A DNA stretch of 64,000 bases, from NCBI RefSeq assembly GCF_048261595.1, contig NZ_JBLXFW010000007.1, positions 6,180 to 70,179 of the forward strand. Direction: 5' to 3'. Each line of letters begins with the position of its first letter. Positions within the stretch are counted from its first letter, which is position 1. Below, in pieces: positions 47,073-58,261 of this stretch. Source of the DNA: Roseibium sp. Its GTDB lineage: Bacteria > Pseudomonadota > Alphaproteobacteria > Rhizobiales > Stappiaceae. The notes below the pieces were generated by a model. It was not told the DNA's origin and searched no databases. It worked only from the letters and a program-made list of their open reading frames with translations. Position numbers and translations under genes: made by a program.

Positions 47073-47945
47073 ATGATCGACGATATCTTCCGCTTCCGAC
47101 GCTTCAGCCGGGCCGTGACCACAGAGGTCGGGGCCCTGGATACCTCTTTCCTCGGGCGGGGCAGGCCGCTTGGCGCCGCCCGCGTTGTCAATGCCATCGG
47201 CCATGGCCGGGGCGATGTGGCGGCAATCCGAGCCTACCTCGGACTTGATTCCGGATTGATGAGCCGCCTTCTCAGGTCTCTTGAGGAGGAAGGCCTTGTG
47301 ACGGTCGATGCCGACGAGGAGGACGGTCGCAGGCGCCGGGCGCGTCTGACCGGCAAGGGTGAGGCAGAGTTCGCCGAATACGAACGTCTTTCAGACGAGC
47401 GGGCGAGAGAAATCCTGTCCCGCCATGCCCGGCCGGATGCCCTGCTGGCAGCCATGGACCTGATCGCCTCGGCTCTTGGCAAGGAGGGGTGGGACATGTG
47501 CGAAATGGACCCTCGGGATCCGGCGAGCGTGCACTGCCTCGAACAATATTACGCCGAGCTGAACAGCCGTTTCGATACCGGTTTCGACGTCACGCTGTCC
47601 GCTGATCCGGACGCGGAAGACATGCTGGCGCCGCGAGGCTGTTTTCTCGTCTGCTTTTCGGATGGCCTTCCGATCGGTTGCGTTGGCCTCAAGGGAACCG
47701 ACAAGGGCTATGCGGAGATCAAGCGGCTCTGGGTGTCTCCCGCCGCTCGTGGTCTCGGGATGGCCAAGCGCCTGATGGAGGATGTGGAAGCTCGTGCGCG
47801 AGGCCTCGGCATATCGCTCCTGCGGCTCGATACCAATTCCAGGCTTCCCGAAGCCGTGAAGCTCTACCAGACGTCGGGATGGACGGAGATCGACCGCTTC
47901 AACGATGATCCCTATCCGGACCATTTCTTCGAAAAGGCGCTTTAG
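47073..47945 (+). CDS. Bifunctional MarR-type HTH regulator / GNAT acetyltransferase
   Basis: LGLDSGLMSRLLRSLEEEGLV..DGRRRRARLT wHTH; AEIKRLWVSPAARGLGMAKRLM GNAT motif A. Confidence 0.9.
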   Translation: MIDDIFRFRRFSRAVTTEVGALDTSFLGRGRPLGAARVVNAIGHGRGDVAAIRAYLGLDSGLMSRLLRSLEEEGLVTVDADEEDGRRRRARLTGKGEAEFAEYERLSDERAREILSRHARPDALLAAMDLIASALGKEGWDMCEMDPRDPASVHCLEQYYAELNSRFDTGFDVTLSADPDAEDMLAPRGCFLVCFSDGLPIGCVGLKGTDKGYAEIKRLWVSPAARGLGMAKRLMEDVEARARGLGISLLRLDTNSRLPEAVKLYQTSGWTEIDRFNDDPYPDHFFEKAL

Positions 47946-48031
47946 GCACAGAACAAGGGCAGCCGGGTGGCTGCCCTTGGTACAGGGGATGCCGGATCGG
48001 GATACACCGTTCCGGCTTTCACCAATGTGGC

Positions 48032-48517
48032 TCAGAGCTCGGCTGCTGCGACCGAACGGATTTTCTTCCAGTTGGCTGCCGCCTTGGAGATGGTTCCAGC
48101 CTGGTCCTTCTGGAATTCGTGGAAGATCGCCTCGTTCAGGAAGAGGTACAGCTTGTCGTCGACCACGGCAGCGAACTTCGGGTTGCCGTCGAACTTCTTG
48201 CCGACAGAGACGCCGAAGGTACAAAAACCGCCGTTTTGCGGCAGGTAGTCGGCCGGGTGTGCCTCGAACTTCGCCTTGGCTTCTTCGGAGGCGAAATAAT
48301 AAGAGACGCCATCGTGAACCGCAGTGAAGCGTGCAGCGCCGTCAATGCGGTTGTGGAGATCGACGAAGGCCACAGGATCGACGCCGTGGAGACCGAGAGG
48401 CTTGCCCGCGGCAGTCAGACCGCTGGAGGTGTTGTACTCGTCGGCGGCGTGGGCCGTGCCCGTCAGCGCGGCAAGCCCAAAAAGGGTCGCGGCTGCAATC
48501 GTCTTGATAGTCTGCAT
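48032..48517 (-). CDS. Exported YHS-domain protein
   Basis: Signal peptide (TAHA/ADE); GVDPVAF, YYFASEE....F.AHPADYLPQNGGFC, VVDDKLYLF. Confidence 0.85.
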   Translation of the reverse strand: MQTIKTIAAATLFGLAALTGTAHAADEYNTSSGLTAAGKPLGLHGVDPVAFVDLHNRIDGAARFTAVHDGVSYYFASEEAKAKFEAHPADYLPQNGGFCTFGVSVGKKFDGNPKFAAVVDDKLYLFLNEAIFHEFQKDQAGTISKAAANWKKIRSVAAAEL

Positions 48518-48598
48518 GTTTGGCTCCTGTTGCCAGTGTTTGCTTTGGGGCCGGATGTTGTCCGGTGACTGGACTATCCGTCCGATCCGCCGGGTTCT

Positions 48599-48637
48599 CC
48601 ATGCTCCAGCGTCCCTCAGGATTTGCCAATCGTCCGG
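48599..48637 (-). promoter_or_regulatory. Putative AraC operator, copy A
   Basis: CCATGC-N5-CGTCCC-N13-ATCGTCCGG, 82 bp upstream of the YHS gene start. Confidence 0.65.
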
Positions 48638-48705
48638 AGGTTTGCCGAAACGAAAACACCGGCCAAATGGCCGGTGTCTTGCGAAGGAGTTTTCGGGTCT
48701 CCAGG

Positions 48706-49077
48706 TCAGGCAGGCTGTGGCAACCCTTCCTCACCCTTGTGCAGGCTGACGACAGTCAGGACGGCGGCCGCATTGATGAGGTAGTAGGCCTTGTCCAGTC
48801 CGGCAAAACCGAGCACGAACGGTGCGACCAGAAAGACAGCGCCGACAGCCGCGTCCACCATCAGGTGCACCTGGTACGGGATGATCCGAACGATGCCGGT
48901 GACATGATCTGTGAGGATGGTCAGCACCAGAGCCGCGACCCCGGTACAGACCGAGAGCCAGAAGGCCAGCGGGTTCGATTGTCCCAATCCCAGAACCATC
49001 GGCACGGCCATGAGTCCGAGGGCAACCGGGTAGTCGAGATAGGCGTGAATGGTCTTTGTCACGAAACGTATGCTCAT
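48706..49077 (-). CDS. Small 4-TM membrane protein (SPW-repeat-like)
   Basis: HAYLDYPVALGLMAVP, HLMVDAAVGAVFLVAPFVLGF; four hydrophobic segments. Confidence 0.7.
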   Translation of the reverse strand: MSIRFVTKTIHAYLDYPVALGLMAVPMVLGLGQSNPLAFWLSVCTGVAALVLTILTDHVTGIVRIIPYQVHLMVDAAVGAVFLVAPFVLGFAGLDKAYYLINAAAVLTVVSLHKGEEGLPQPA

Positions 49078-49154
49078 CTTGTCAGTCCTTTCGAGGATGT
49101 GAAGTGACGGGGATTGTGTTCCGGGGACAAGATGAGCCCCTGTCGCCGTTCGAT

Positions 49155-49193
49155 CCATGCACGTACGTCCCGGATTCTTGACCGATCGTCCGG
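49155..49193 (-). promoter_or_regulatory. Putative AraC operator, copy B
   Basis: Same motif and spacing as copy A, 78 bp upstream of the membrane-protein gene start. Confidence 0.65.
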
Positions 49194-49260
49194 GAGCCTT
49201 GCCGGTGGCGACAAAACGGTGTCCCTGAAGACCTCCCGTCGATCACCAGGATGGACAGTC

Positions 49261-50208
49261 ATGAAGCACGACGCGCTAAGCCAGATCCTCGATGCGCTCA
49301 AATTGCGCGGATCGGTCTACTTTCACACCAATTTTTCGGCCCCTTTCGGTGTCGGCGTGCCTGCCTTTGGCAACGTCGCGCGTTTCCATATGGCCATGCG
49401 CGGCTCCTGCTGGCTTCAGGTCGAGGGTCAGGACCGGCCGATCCACCTGTCTACCGGCGACCTCGCCGTCATCCCCCATGGGACTGCGCATGTATTGAGC
49501 GATGAGCTGGACCGTCCCGTTTCCTCGGTCGACGAGGTCGTGCGTCAAACCGGATATAGTGGCGAGGGCGCGCTCTACTTCGGCGGAGCAGAGGAGGACC
49601 AGGCCTGCAAGCTGTTCTGCGGCCATTTCGAATTCGAAGAGGGCTCGGTCCATCCCATATTGGATGCCCTGCCGTCCGTTATTCATGTACCCAATACCCA
49701 GACCATGAACGCCCATTGGCTGGACGCGGTCATGCGTTTCGTAGCCAGCGAGGTCCATGCGACCCTGCCCGGGTCGGATGCTGTCATTCATCGGCTGACG
49801 GAAATCATCTTCATCCAGGTGGTGCGGACCTTCGTGGATCGTGAGGGCGACAAGGCGGGCTGTCTCGCTGCGGTGCTGGATCCGCGGTTCGGCCGCTGCA
49901 TGTCAAAAATCCACCTGGCGCCCGAGCGCTCCTGGACCGTCGAAACGCTGGCGCGGGAGGCTGGCATGTCGCGAACGGTATTTGCCGAGCGTTTTACGTC
50001 ACTGGTCGGCATGACGCCGCTCGCCTATGTCACCCACTGGCGCATGGAACGGGCGCGCCGGGAGATCGCCGAGACCGACCTGCCGCTGATCGATATCGCC
50101 GAAACCGTCGGCTATACGTCAGAAGCTGCTTTCAACAGGGCTTTCAAACGACATTTCGACGTGACTCCGGGGCAAATCCGAAGGAGCGGCGTGCCGGCTT
50201 TCGCTTGA
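49261..50208 (+). CDS. AraC-family regulator with an N-terminal cupin (Cupin_6/RclR-like) domain
   Basis: DALSQILDALKLRG, LFCGHFEF, WTVETLAREAGMSRTVFAERF, VGYTSEAAFNRAFKR. Confidence 0.92.
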   Translation: MKHDALSQILDALKLRGSVYFHTNFSAPFGVGVPAFGNVARFHMAMRGSCWLQVEGQDRPIHLSTGDLAVIPHGTAHVLSDELDRPVSSVDEVVRQTGYSGEGALYFGGAEEDQACKLFCGHFEFEEGSVHPILDALPSVIHVPNTQTMNAHWLDAVMRFVASEVHATLPGSDAVIHRLTEIIFIQVVRTFVDREGDKAGCLAAVLDPRFGRCMSKIHLAPERSWTVETLAREAGMSRTVFAERFTSLVGMTPLAYVTHWRMERARREIAETDLPLIDIAETVGYTSEAAFNRAFKRHFDVTPGQIRRSGVPAFA

Positions 50209-50296
50209 AGCATGCCAACCGGCATGGCCGCACATCGCCCGGGAGTGCACTTGCATCGCAGGCGCGGGGATGGTGATGTGCCGGATGAAAGGTGGG

Positions 50297-50340
50297 TGAC
50301 TGAGTGCCTGCCTGAGTATCTGACTGAGTGCCTGCCCGAG
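50297..50340. repeat. 12-bp tandem repeat, about 3.7 copies
   Basis: TGACTGAGTGCC TGCCTGAGTATC TGACTGAGTGCC TGCCCGAG. Confidence 0.8.
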
Positions 50341-50377
50341 ACGGCTCATGGCTCGCCCCTTCTGGAAGATTCATTTG

Positions 50378-51382
50378 ATGAAACAACGCAAGATCGGTTC
50401 ATCCTCCGTGTCCGCAATCGGCCTTGGCTGCATGAACTATGCCCATGGCTATGGCAACGGTTTGAACCGGGACGACAGTGTAAAGCTGCTCCGGGCAGCT
50501 CTCGATCTCGGCTACACCCATTTCGACACGGCGACGATGTATGGTGGCGGCGTCAGCGAGAGCATCATCGGCGAGGCGATTTCCGGCCGCCGCGACGATT
50601 ATTTCCTTGCCAGCAAGTGCGGCCTCTATCCCGGCAAGAATGGTGCGGCGCGCGATATCGATGGCGATCCGAAGCGGATCAAGCAGGCCTGCGAGGACAG
50701 CCTCAGGCGCCTGAAGACCGATGTAATCGATCTCTACTATCTGCATCGGATCGACTGGAACGTGCCGATCGAGGACAGCGCGGGAGCCTTTTCGGACCTG
50801 ATCAGGGAAGGCAAGATCAGGGCTTACGGGCTGTCGGAAATGTCTGCGGATACCGTTCGGCGGGCCCATGCCGTGCATCCGGTGACCGCGCTCCAGTCCG
50901 AATATTCCCTCTGGACCCGGAACCCGGAGATCGCGACGCTCGAGACCTGCCGCGAACTCGGTATTGCGTTCGTCGCCTTCTCGCCGCTGGCCCGCAAGTT
51001 CCTGACCGGCAAACTTGGCCTTGATGATGTGCGCAACCCGAACGAAGGTGACATGCGCAAGGTCATGCCCCGTTTCGCGCCGGAGAATTACGCCCGGAAC
51101 CTGGAGCTGCTTGCAGCCTATAACGCCATTGCCGAGGAGGTCGGATGCACGCCGGCGGAGCTGGCGTTGGCGTGGGTTCTGTCGCGCGGCGAGCATGTGG
51201 TTGCCATTCCCGGCACGACCAGTCTGGATCATCTAGCCGAGAACGCCCGCGGTGCGGATGTGGCGATCTCGCCCGAAATCGCGGCGCGGCTGGATGAGGT
51301 CATCAACCATGCCAAAGTGGTCGGTCACCGCTATTCGACTGGCCAGCAGGCGGATATCGACACGGAAGAATTCGCGGCCTAG
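50378..51382 (+). CDS. Aldo/keto reductase
   Basis: SAIGLGCM, FDTATMYG, LASKCG, IDLYYLHR, GLSE, LQSEYSLW, IPGTT. Confidence 0.93.
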   Translation: MKQRKIGSSSVSAIGLGCMNYAHGYGNGLNRDDSVKLLRAALDLGYTHFDTATMYGGGVSESIIGEAISGRRDDYFLASKCGLYPGKNGAARDIDGDPKRIKQACEDSLRRLKTDVIDLYYLHRIDWNVPIEDSAGAFSDLIREGKIRAYGLSEMSADTVRRAHAVHPVTALQSEYSLWTRNPEIATLETCRELGIAFVAFSPLARKFLTGKLGLDDVRNPNEGDMRKVMPRFAPENYARNLELLAAYNAIAEEVGCTPAELALAWVLSRGEHVVAIPGTTSLDHLAENARGADVAISPEIAARLDEVINHAKVVGHRYSTGQQADIDTEEFAA

Positions 51383-51422
51383 ACAGGCGACCGAACGCCG
51401 GTCGATAAACGGACTATGCATG

Positions 51423-51460
51423 AAAAAGGCCCCGCCCAACGGGCAAGGCGGGGCCTTTTT
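51423..51460. terminator. Bidirectional intrinsic terminator
   Basis: AAAAAGGCCCCGCC...GGCGGGGCCTTTTT. Confidence 0.85.
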
Positions 51461-51481
51461 GCAACTGAGAAGGAAGGAACC

Positions 51482-52363
51482 TCAGTCGCCGACGCGTGTC
51501 CAACGGTCCGTGCCGACGACGCGACAGCCGCCGGGGCTTGCTCCAAGCATCACCGTCGCCTCGGCGGGGAGCACGATCTCTATCGCCCGGTCGAAGCTGA
51601 TTTCTTCCGGTGACAGCACTGTCATTGTCCAGCGGATATGCGACCCTCCGCCTTCGCCGGCAGGAATCTGCGCAAAGGTTTCTGCTCCAAGGTCGGTCGT
51701 CACCCAGCGGTTCCGGCCCGCACCACCCCAGCGCACCCTTGCCGTTTTCGACAGGTCGAGGCTGTCTGGATGGAACGGCCGTTGGAAGGTCATACGCCGC
51801 GTTCCCTCGTTCATGCCGGGCAGGGCGCCGGCAGACATGGGAAACATCTGCTGCATCAGCGCCGGACAGCCTTCCATGCGGGTTGGCCCGATTTCGGATT
51901 TCCAAAGTCCGTCTTTCGGCTGCCCTCTCGGGTCTATCAGAAGCCCCTCGTCCTGCTTGAACGTCAGATCGTCCTCGCCCTTGGGAATGGGCAAGGCGTC
52001 ACGCTTGGTGAAAGTCAGGCCGCCGGGCGGGTCGAGGCATTCTTCCGGTCCCGCGTAGGTGGTTCCGTTCCGGCCGAGACCGGTGACGAAGTCGTCCACA
52101 GTGACGCCGGGAGCCGCCCAGACCGGCGGTTTTCCCGCTTCTACCACGAGGATATAGGCGCCTTCCGGCTTTGTGCCGTCCGGTTGATAGACGCGGAGCA
52201 CGTGCTCGTCCGCATCTCCGACGGTCAATTGGTCCGAGCCGGAGTCCGGGTCGTTGATTACCACCAGTGGTCCGCAGGCACGGGCGCTGTCAGCGTTGAC
52301 AAGGCCGGCGACAAGAAGGGCCGCGGCAAGGGAGGGGGCGGCAAGTTTCGTCTTGCTGGTCAT
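51482..52363 (-). CDS. Exported hypothetical protein
   Basis: Signal peptide, four Cys; ATGA overlap with the upstream VWA gene. Confidence 0.7.
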   Translation of the reverse strand: MTSKTKLAAPSLAAALLVAGLVNADSARACGPLVVINDPDSGSDQLTVGDADEHVLRVYQPDGTKPEGAYILVVEAGKPPVWAAPGVTVDDFVTGLGRNGTTYAGPEECLDPPGGLTFTKRDALPIPKGEDDLTFKQDEGLLIDPRGQPKDGLWKSEIGPTRMEGCPALMQQMFPMSAGALPGMNEGTRRMTFQRPFHPDSLDLSKTARVRWGGAGRNRWVTTDLGAETFAQIPAGEGGGSHIRWTMTVLSPEEISFDRAIEIVLPAEATVMLGASPGGCRVVGTDRWTRVGD

Positions 52364-54906
52364 TGTTGTTGTACCGCGATCAGTTTCTTGAGCATGTCGA
52401 TCTCACCGGCGCCGACACTATCCGACTTCGCGCGCCCGGCCTTGAGCTGGCTGGCGATCAGGTCGGCTTCTTGCGTCGAGATGTAGGGGGTGAACTCACA
52501 GAGGTCGCCGAGAGCCGTCCGCTGGCAAGCCTCGCCGCCGGGCTGGTTCAGCCCCAGCTTCTTGAGATTGCCTCCGGGGTCCTCATGGCTGAACCACATG
52601 GAGGGGCGCCCGTCGGCACTGACGCTTGCGGTCGAGGCAGTCCAGCCTGCGGGCATCATGCCCATCACGGATGGGCTGTCTTGCGAGAACAGGCAGGCCG
52701 TCGTTTCCGGGCATGTCGCGAGCGGCACGTTTTCGCCCTGCGCGGCCTTCATGGCGGCACCGAGCATTGCACCGATGTCGGGCGTGCCGTCTTGCGTCGA
52801 GGTGGAAGCCGCGGCGTTGAGAAGGGCTCCCATCGCTGCCGCGGCGGCAGGATCGTCCTTCGCCAGTTTTGCCATTGCCTCGGCCATGGCTTCGGCGGGC
52901 GAGGGCGAGCGCCGCGGGGTGGTCATTCGGATCGACCGGCGGACCATCTCCCAGCCCTCGTCCATCTTGCCGCTGGCCGGTTCGAAGCGGCAGAGGCGAC
53001 CGGGTTGAACATCGATGCAGGGACCGTTCATCTCGGTCCACTGGTGAGGGTTGAGCACGATGGTATCGGGTACTTCCAACGGGCTGTAGAACGTCAGCCT
53101 TGGAAGACCGGGTTCGCCGCCAGCCGTGGCCGCCTCGCGGGTTGGTTGGTCGGTGAACCACCCGGCGGGGAGGATGAAGAGCAGGCCCGTCGCCGCATCC
53201 TCGATCACGCACTGGAACTGTTCCTTGCAGCGGTATCCGACGTCCTGCGGCGCCAGAACCTCGTCGGGTCCGTGGGTGGGGTCGTTGTCCCCCTGCCATT
53301 CGCCGCCCGCTTCGGCGCGCTTTTCCGGCCCGCCTTCCTCGTCTGCGGGTGTGAGCGTGCCGATACGCAGCGGCAGGCGGGTGGCAATGGCGTCAGGTCC
53401 GTCGATGTCTGCGAACAGGTAGACGATCTCGTAGCTGCCCGGCTCGGCTGGAGCGGTCAAGACCTTGGCCGGTCCATAGGCGTTGTCGAACATCTCGTTG
53501 AGGTAGCCGCTCTGGTCCCAGCTCACGAGAGCACCGTCGCGCCAGATCTCGATCCTGTCGTTGTGGGCGCCTCCGCCTTGCGCGGCGATCTTGACCAGCG
53601 CCCCAGGTTCCACGGTCGCCGGTGCGGCAAGGGTTACGTCCGGGCGCGTTTGGACCTCGATTTCAAGGCGCGCGACGGCCTTGGACAGGTCGGTTTCGCC
53701 GTAGCGGTGCCATGCGGCAAGGTAGCGGCCCGGTGCTGCCGGCATGTTCAGTTGGGCAACGGCTGCGCCTTCGCGGCCCTCCTGCATCGACCATTCGATG
53801 CGCCGGTCTTCCAGGGACTGTGCATCCGGCGGCAGAAGTGTCAGGACGAAATCGGCGCCGCCGGTGGCTATGCCCTCCCGGGTAATGCGGGCAGGAAAGA
53901 TGGCGCTGGCGCCTGCACGATAAGGGCCCGCCTGATCGATCACGAGGCTTGGCATCAAACCGGCGAAAGGTACATAGACCGTCCGGGTGTCGCCAGCGGC
54001 AACGGCGATCTCCAGTTCGCCCCGTCCCTGGTCCCCGGCTTCTGCCGAGAGCTGCCACCGTCCTTGCGCCAGCTCGACCGGAAGCGCCCACTGCTGTGCG
54101 AAGGTCAGGAGACCCAGGTCCAGCGTCTCTCCGGTGTCGAGGTTGCTTGCGGAAAACCGAACGCTGTCGGGGCGACCGGCCAAATCGGCCTGGATCGTCA
54201 GGTCGAGCGCCGCCTTGCCCGGGGCCTTCGCTTCGCGCTGGACCGGCTGGGAGGTACGAACCAGCGCGTCTGCGAGTTCAGCGCCGGATTGGGTCGCCAG
54301 AACCATCCCGCCGGTCTGTTCGGCGATACAGGAGATCTGCCTGACCTCGCCTTCGCTGAGCCCGAAGCCGACCACATGCGCTCGAATCGGGATACCTTCG
54401 CGGGCGAGTTCCGCAGCCACGGCGCAGGGGTCGCCGCCGCAGGTTTCCAGCCCGTCGGTCACCAGTACAATGTCGGCTTCCTCGGCGGTTGAGGGGATCT
54501 CGCTGGCGGCGCGCCGGAGTGACGCCGCCAATGGCGTCTTTCCGCGCGGCATCAGCTTTCGAAGCCGTGCGGCGAGTTCTGCTCCGTCCTGGATACCGGT
54601 GGCCGCGATGGTTTCGATGTCGCCGCAATCTCCGCGCCGGTTATGGCCATAGGCAATGACCCCGAGCGGTTGACCGGGATCGCGCGATGTCAGGAATGAT
54701 CCGAGTACGTCGCGCGCCACCTCGGTACGGGAGCGGCCCTCCGGTAGCTGGGCCCACATGGAGCCGGATTCGTCAAGGACGAGGATGGTGCTGCGGTCTT
54801 GGGCAAGGGCGGGAGCAAAGAGCAGGACGGTAAGGGCAACGGTCAGCCAAGGTCTTGAAATCATGTTGAAGTCTGGTCGCTTTGTCGAAATGGGAGTCTC
54901 GTGCAT
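52360..54906 (-). CDS. Exported VWA (von Willebrand A) multi-domain protein
   Basis: Signal peptide ending APALAQ; MIDAS residues DESGS, GKTPL, VTDG; Ig-like middle domains. The start could be 54864. Confidence 0.85.
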   Translation of the reverse strand: MHETPISTKRPDFNMISRPWLTVALTVLLFAPALAQDRSTILVLDESGSMWAQLPEGRSRTEVARDVLGSFLTSRDPGQPLGVIAYGHNRRGDCGDIETIAATGIQDGAELAARLRKLMPRGKTPLAASLRRAASEIPSTAEEADIVLVTDGLETCGGDPCAVAAELAREGIPIRAHVVGFGLSEGEVRQISCIAEQTGGMVLATQSGAELADALVRTSQPVQREAKAPGKAALDLTIQADLAGRPDSVRFSASNLDTGETLDLGLLTFAQQWALPVELAQGRWQLSAEAGDQGRGELEIAVAAGDTRTVYVPFAGLMPSLVIDQAGPYRAGASAIFPARITREGIATGGADFVLTLLPPDAQSLEDRRIEWSMQEGREGAAVAQLNMPAAPGRYLAAWHRYGETDLSKAVARLEIEVQTRPDVTLAAPATVEPGALVKIAAQGGGAHNDRIEIWRDGALVSWDQSGYLNEMFDNAYGPAKVLTAPAEPGSYEIVYLFADIDGPDAIATRLPLRIGTLTPADEEGGPEKRAEAGGEWQGDNDPTHGPDEVLAPQDVGYRCKEQFQCVIEDAATGLLFILPAGWFTDQPTREAATAGGEPGLPRLTFYSPLEVPDTIVLNPHQWTEMNGPCIDVQPGRLCRFEPASGKMDEGWEMVRRSIRMTTPRRSPSPAEAMAEAMAKLAKDDPAAAAAMGALLNAAASTSTQDGTPDIGAMLGAAMKAAQGENVPLATCPETTACLFSQDSPSVMGMMPAGWTASTASVSADGRPSMWFSHEDPGGNLKKLGLNQPGGEACQRTALGDLCEFTPYISTQEADLIASQLKAGRAKSDSVGAGEIDMLKKLIAVQQQ

Positions 54907-54964
54907 GGTTGAAGTTACGTAGGGGCTCCGCTAACCTCAATCTAAGGAAATCCATAGGTCATGC

Positions 54965-55711
54965 ATGAGAACGGACGACTTCGCGGATGCCATAGCGGTG
55001 GAGACGGATGCCGATCGCCTCTGGTCGCTCGCGGGCGAGTGGCTGACCGGCCATGGCTTCGACCGGGTCCTTCATCTGTCTGTTTCTGGAGACTTGGTCT
55101 CGGTGCGAACGACGCTCGGGCAGGATTTCGAAACCTATTACCGCGACCGCAATTTCGAGCAGCACGATCCGTTTCTTACCTATTGCCTTCCGGCTTCGGG
55201 CCCGATTTCGACCGGGGCGGCCTACCTGTCGGAGTATGAGTATCTGACGGAACAGCAGGCCGACGTCATTCGGGCTGCCGGAGAAGCCGGGTTTCAGGCA
55301 GGCTTTTCCGTCGTCACCCGGCGCGATCAGACCGGTTGCGAGGCGTGGAATGTCGGGTCGACACTTTCACGTTCCGAGGTCGAGAAGATCAGAGCGGAAA
55401 ATGGATCCGGCTTGAGACTGGGCCTTGCCGCTCTTCGTACCCGGCTATCAGGTCCGGTCCTCGATCCGTTGAGTGTACGTGAGAGCCAGTGTCTAAGGTT
55501 GCTTGGACAGGGGCTTCGCACCAAGACGATCGCCTATGAACTCGGCATTGCCTGCGTGACGGTGGAACTTCACCTGAGGAACGCGCGGCTGAAGCTCGGC
55601 GCTGCGACCCGCGAACACGCTGTCGCGCTTTATTCCCGTCTGCGAACGCCTGACCATCCCGAAGCGATAGCAGCGCTCTGCGTCGAGGGTGAGGAGCGCG
55701 ACGGCGAATAG
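54965..55711 (+). CDS. LuxR-family regulator with an autoinducer-binding-like domain (LuxR solo)
   Basis: YY..NFEQHDPF ligand-domain motif; LSVRESQCL..L.QGLRTKTIAYELGI...TVELHLRNARLKLGA HTH; no luxI in the window. Confidence 0.85.
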   Translation: MRTDDFADAIAVETDADRLWSLAGEWLTGHGFDRVLHLSVSGDLVSVRTTLGQDFETYYRDRNFEQHDPFLTYCLPASGPISTGAAYLSEYEYLTEQQADVIRAAGEAGFQAGFSVVTRRDQTGCEAWNVGSTLSRSEVEKIRAENGSGLRLGLAALRTRLSGPVLDPLSVRESQCLRLLGQGLRTKTIAYELGIACVTVELHLRNARLKLGAATREHAVALYSRLRTPDHPEAIAALCVEGEERDGE

Positions 55712-55756
55712 AGATTGGCGGTCAGGAGATTTGCCGTTTACCGACCCGGATAAACA

Positions 55757-55785
55757 AAAAGGGCGGCTCGAAGAGCCGCCCTTTT
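55757..55785. terminator. Bidirectional intrinsic terminator
   Basis: AAAAGGGCGGCTC-GAA-GAGCCGCCCTTTT. Confidence 0.85.
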
Positions 55786-55808
55786 CAATTAGGTTCTTGC
55801 CGAGGGCC

Positions 55809-58028
<2,220 letters not shown>

Positions 58029-58225
58029 TCACATTTCCTGAGTTCGAACTTTGGCGAATGGGGAACGTGGTGCCGTTCCCGATGAAATCCGGAACTGCGT
58101 ATACAATTGTACGCAATCAATTGCCAGCCCCTCAGTGACGCCGGCCGGCAAGTTGCACGAGTTCTATCAAACGGCCGCCAAAAGGCAATCGAACGAAAGG
58201 GGGTGAAGCGGTGTGAATGAGCCGA

Positions 58226-58254
58226 TTGACAAGTGTGTAATTGCACTATTAACT
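58226..58254 (+). promoter_or_regulatory. marR promoter with operator copy 1
   Basis: TTGACA at 58226-58231; TGTGTAATTGCACT at 58234-58247 lies in the promoter spacer. Confidence 0.65.
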
Positions 58255-58261
58255 CACGCCC

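Noticed and set aside
52363-54492. 709-aa antisense ORF within the VWA gene
   Set aside because: Shadow ORF with no recognisable features.
54907-54960. Canonical lux box between the VWA and luxR genes
   Set aside because: ACCT...AGGT spans 26 bp rather than 20 and has no inner symmetry, so it is not supportable.
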